From the IMG/VR virus record IMGVR_UViG_3300045988_069061: a DNA stretch of 64,000 nt; one strand, 5' to 3'. The DNA comes from a virus. The notes under the pieces were generated by a model. The model searched no databases, was not told where the DNA came from, and was given only the letters and a program-made list of their open reading frames with translations. The position numbers and the translations under genes are program-made. This document shows, in pieces, positions 62,277 to 64,000 of this stretch. Numbering within the stretch: the stretch's first letter is position 1; every line of letters starts with the position of its first letter.

Positions 62277-62854
62277 TGTTGTCAATTCTATACAACGAAT
62301 ACAAAGAATGGGGATGCCCAAACTGTGGCTGTGATTCGGCTATTAGTGGTTGTTTCTCTGGTGGAGGAGTTACTACTGGGACTTGCAGGCATTGTAAGTT
62401 AACCTTTGAAATAAGGAGCGACAATGGAATAGGCACAGTACGATATGGCTCTCATCCAGAAAATCCATCAGACCCTAAATCTGAATACGTAATGGAATAT
62501 GCTCGTCGGATTCCTCATCCAAGGTCTGGTATTCCAGCCTGGCATTGGGAACCAAAGGATGTTCGTCCAGAGGAAGGAGAATACTGGAGTTCTAGAGGTG
62601 TTGGATATGATTTATCTGGATTCGTAAAAACTAAAGCTGCTGGTGAACGTATATTAGCTATGGTGCATGAGGTTTTGGGAACTGATAAGTGTGAGACTTA
62701 TTTAGACTATAGACCTAGTGAACCAACTTGGATTCAATTTAAGTTCCAGTCTAGCGAGTTTGACTTAGAAAAGTTGGATAAGCTATCTAGAGAAGCTGAT
62801 AGAGTAGTTACTAAGGAAATATTAAAACAGTGTTTACATGGCAAAAGTAATTAA
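62276..62854 (+). CDS. hypothetical protein with an N-terminal Cys cluster (192 aa)
   Basis: GCPNCGCDSAISGCFSGGGVTTGTCRHCK. Confidence 0.45.
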   Translation: MLSILYNEYKEWGCPNCGCDSAISGCFSGGGVTTGTCRHCKLTFEIRSDNGIGTVRYGSHPENPSDPKSEYVMEYARRIPHPRSGIPAWHWEPKDVRPEEGEYWSSRGVGYDLSGFVKTKAAGERILAMVHEVLGTDKCETYLDYRPSEPTWIQFKFQSSEFDLEKLDKLSREADRVVTKEILKQCLHGKSN

Positions 62855-63089
62855 TAAGACAATCACAACACATCTTACAAATATGAAAGATGTAGCTGAG
62901 ATTGTAAATTGGTTCTGTGACGAGGAAATGGAGCCTGGAACTATAGTTCAGAGGTACGGAGATGCTTTAATTATCATTGGTGGGCGTAGCGGTCTATGCT
63001 ATCCTAAGCTGTTTACTGTTGAGGATACGCGTCGTTTGCTTACTTGTAAGGTCACAATTTTGCCTCCTGGCTCAACTATAATGCTATAA
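62838..63089 (+). CDS. small hypothetical protein
   Basis: ORF-track entry. Confidence 0.4.
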   Translation: MAKVINKTITTHLTNMKDVAEIVNWFCDEEMEPGTIVQRYGDALIIIGGRSGLCYPKLFTVEDTRRLLTCKVTILPPGSTIML

Positions 63090-63131
63090 TTTCTTTTCTC
63101 CAGTTTTCTAATCAGAGATAAACTGGAACAT

Positions 63132-63677
63132 GGGCCTACTTGGATTTGACAGGCGATTACGAATTATAAGGACGTGTAGAGCGCAATCTCTTTAAACGAA
63201 GAAAACAAATAACTGCAGAAATTGCACCTGTAAGAATGGCAGCCTAAGCTGCTGACTTATTAATAGACAATATTAATCAAGTCGGGTTACTGGAGAGACC
63301 TAGAAACAGAAGAGGTTAGGTATACCGCTAATGGCGTGCGGACGATAATCCGTGGTATATCTTTAATCAGAACACTCTAAGAGTTAGTAAGACTGAATCT
63401 CCGCTGTCTTTAAACAGAAGGGATCTGCGTGGTTGACTCACCACAAACACTCGTTTTCCTATTTTAGCGTTAAAAAGTAGGTGGTGGAGAGTTGACTTTG
63501 GTCAGCCCAGTTTGGTGGTTTGTAAACTAGTTTCTAAAACTCGATAGTGTAGTTTAGAGTAAATCTAGTAAAACTATCTAAATGCTAGAACTCACTAGCT
63601 GATGTAATAAAAATGAGACGCACGTTATCCTTGTAATAAGGGTTGTTTGGACACGGGTTCGACTCCCGTTAGGTCCA
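63132..63677 (+). ncRNA. ssrA: tmRNA (ssrA)-like gene
   Basis: 5' end gggcctacttggatttgacaggcgattacg resembles the tmRNA 5' consensus GGGGCTGATTCTGGATTCGACGGG. 3' end acggg-ttcgact-cccgt plus taggtcc pairs with the 5' gggccta as a tRNA-like acceptor/T-arm domain. An internal short ORF ...AEIAPVRMAA then TAA at 63215-63247 could be the tag peptide. About 546 nt, longer than typical; the internal pseudoknots were not verified. Confidence 0.5.
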
Positions 63678-64000
63678 CATGACAGGGCTATAGCTCAACC
63701 GATTGGGATGTAGTTTAACGGTTAGAACAAGAAACTGATAATTTCTAGACGGCAGTTCAACTCTTCCCAACTAACACTGTAAATAATATGTAGAAAATTT
63801 CTGAACAAATCAAACAACAAGTAAAAATCCTCAGAGAAATATGGTACTGGGATTAAATATCGAGGCTGTGGTGTAATGGCTTGCATATCACACTGTCATT
63901 AAAATTAATTAAACTTATCTGTGAATCGAGAACAATCTCTTAAATTGTATTATGAGAATCCTAACCACTGTAAGGAATGTGGTAAGGTAATCGAAGTACT

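Noticed and set aside
63690-63900. Possible further tRNA downstream of the tmRNA (gggctatagctcaaccgattggg...ggttagaac...)
   Set aside because: It contains two D-arm-like segments but no recognisable anticodon arm or acceptor pairing. The window ends soon after, so it is left uncalled.

Overview
This window reads as a contiguous stretch of a large, AT-rich tailed-phage genome. The gene content and layout resemble crAss-like (Crassvirales-type) phages; that family assignment is my inference, not a database result.

Positions ~1-41,300 are an almost entirely minus-strand block of morphogenesis and structural genes. They include terminase small and large subunits, a portal, several very long tail-fibre genes, a ~2,170-codon giant ORF and an M15 endolysin. 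Nearly every one of these genes is broken in the supplied ORF track by in-frame TAG codons. The intervening stops I checked by coordinate, plus those met while hand-translating across the block, are all TAG and the flanking fragments stay in frame, and the stops that actually end the merged genes are TAA or TGA. A Gln-type tRNA with anticodon CTA sits on the minus strand at 40651..40722. Together these indicate a TAG-to-Gln (code-15-like) recoded phage.

Positions 20706-24115 hold a diversity-generating retroelement (DGR). It comprises a reverse transcriptase with YADD and QG motifs, an AT-rich template repeat, and a GC-rich variable repeat at the C-terminus of a fibre-like target gene. Mismatches between the repeats fall almost only on template adenines. 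A second, remote variable repeat lies inside a small plus-strand gene at 49633..50193.

Positions ~41,300-64,000 are a plus-strand block. It contains two paralogous small abundant-protein genes behind GC-palindrome-bearing promoters, a ~0.9 kb non-coding stretch with a 48-bp tandem repeat, and a radical-SAM RlmN/Cfr-like gene split over three reading frames. It also holds a dense tRNA island of about 20 tRNA or tRNA-like genes interleaved with small ORFs. Many of these are canonical (Arg, Lys, Tyr, His, Ser x2, Phe, Gly x2, Asn). Several are visibly aberrant: missing arms, a class-II scaffold carrying a Cys anticodon, and split halves beside an HNH endonuclease gene. The same block encodes an NfeD/YqiJ-like protein followed by a 657-aa flotillin/SPFH protein, an AAA+ ATPase and a tmRNA-like gene.

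All coordinates of merged TAG-containing genes come from reading the sequence by eye and should be treated as approximate (+/- a few nt).
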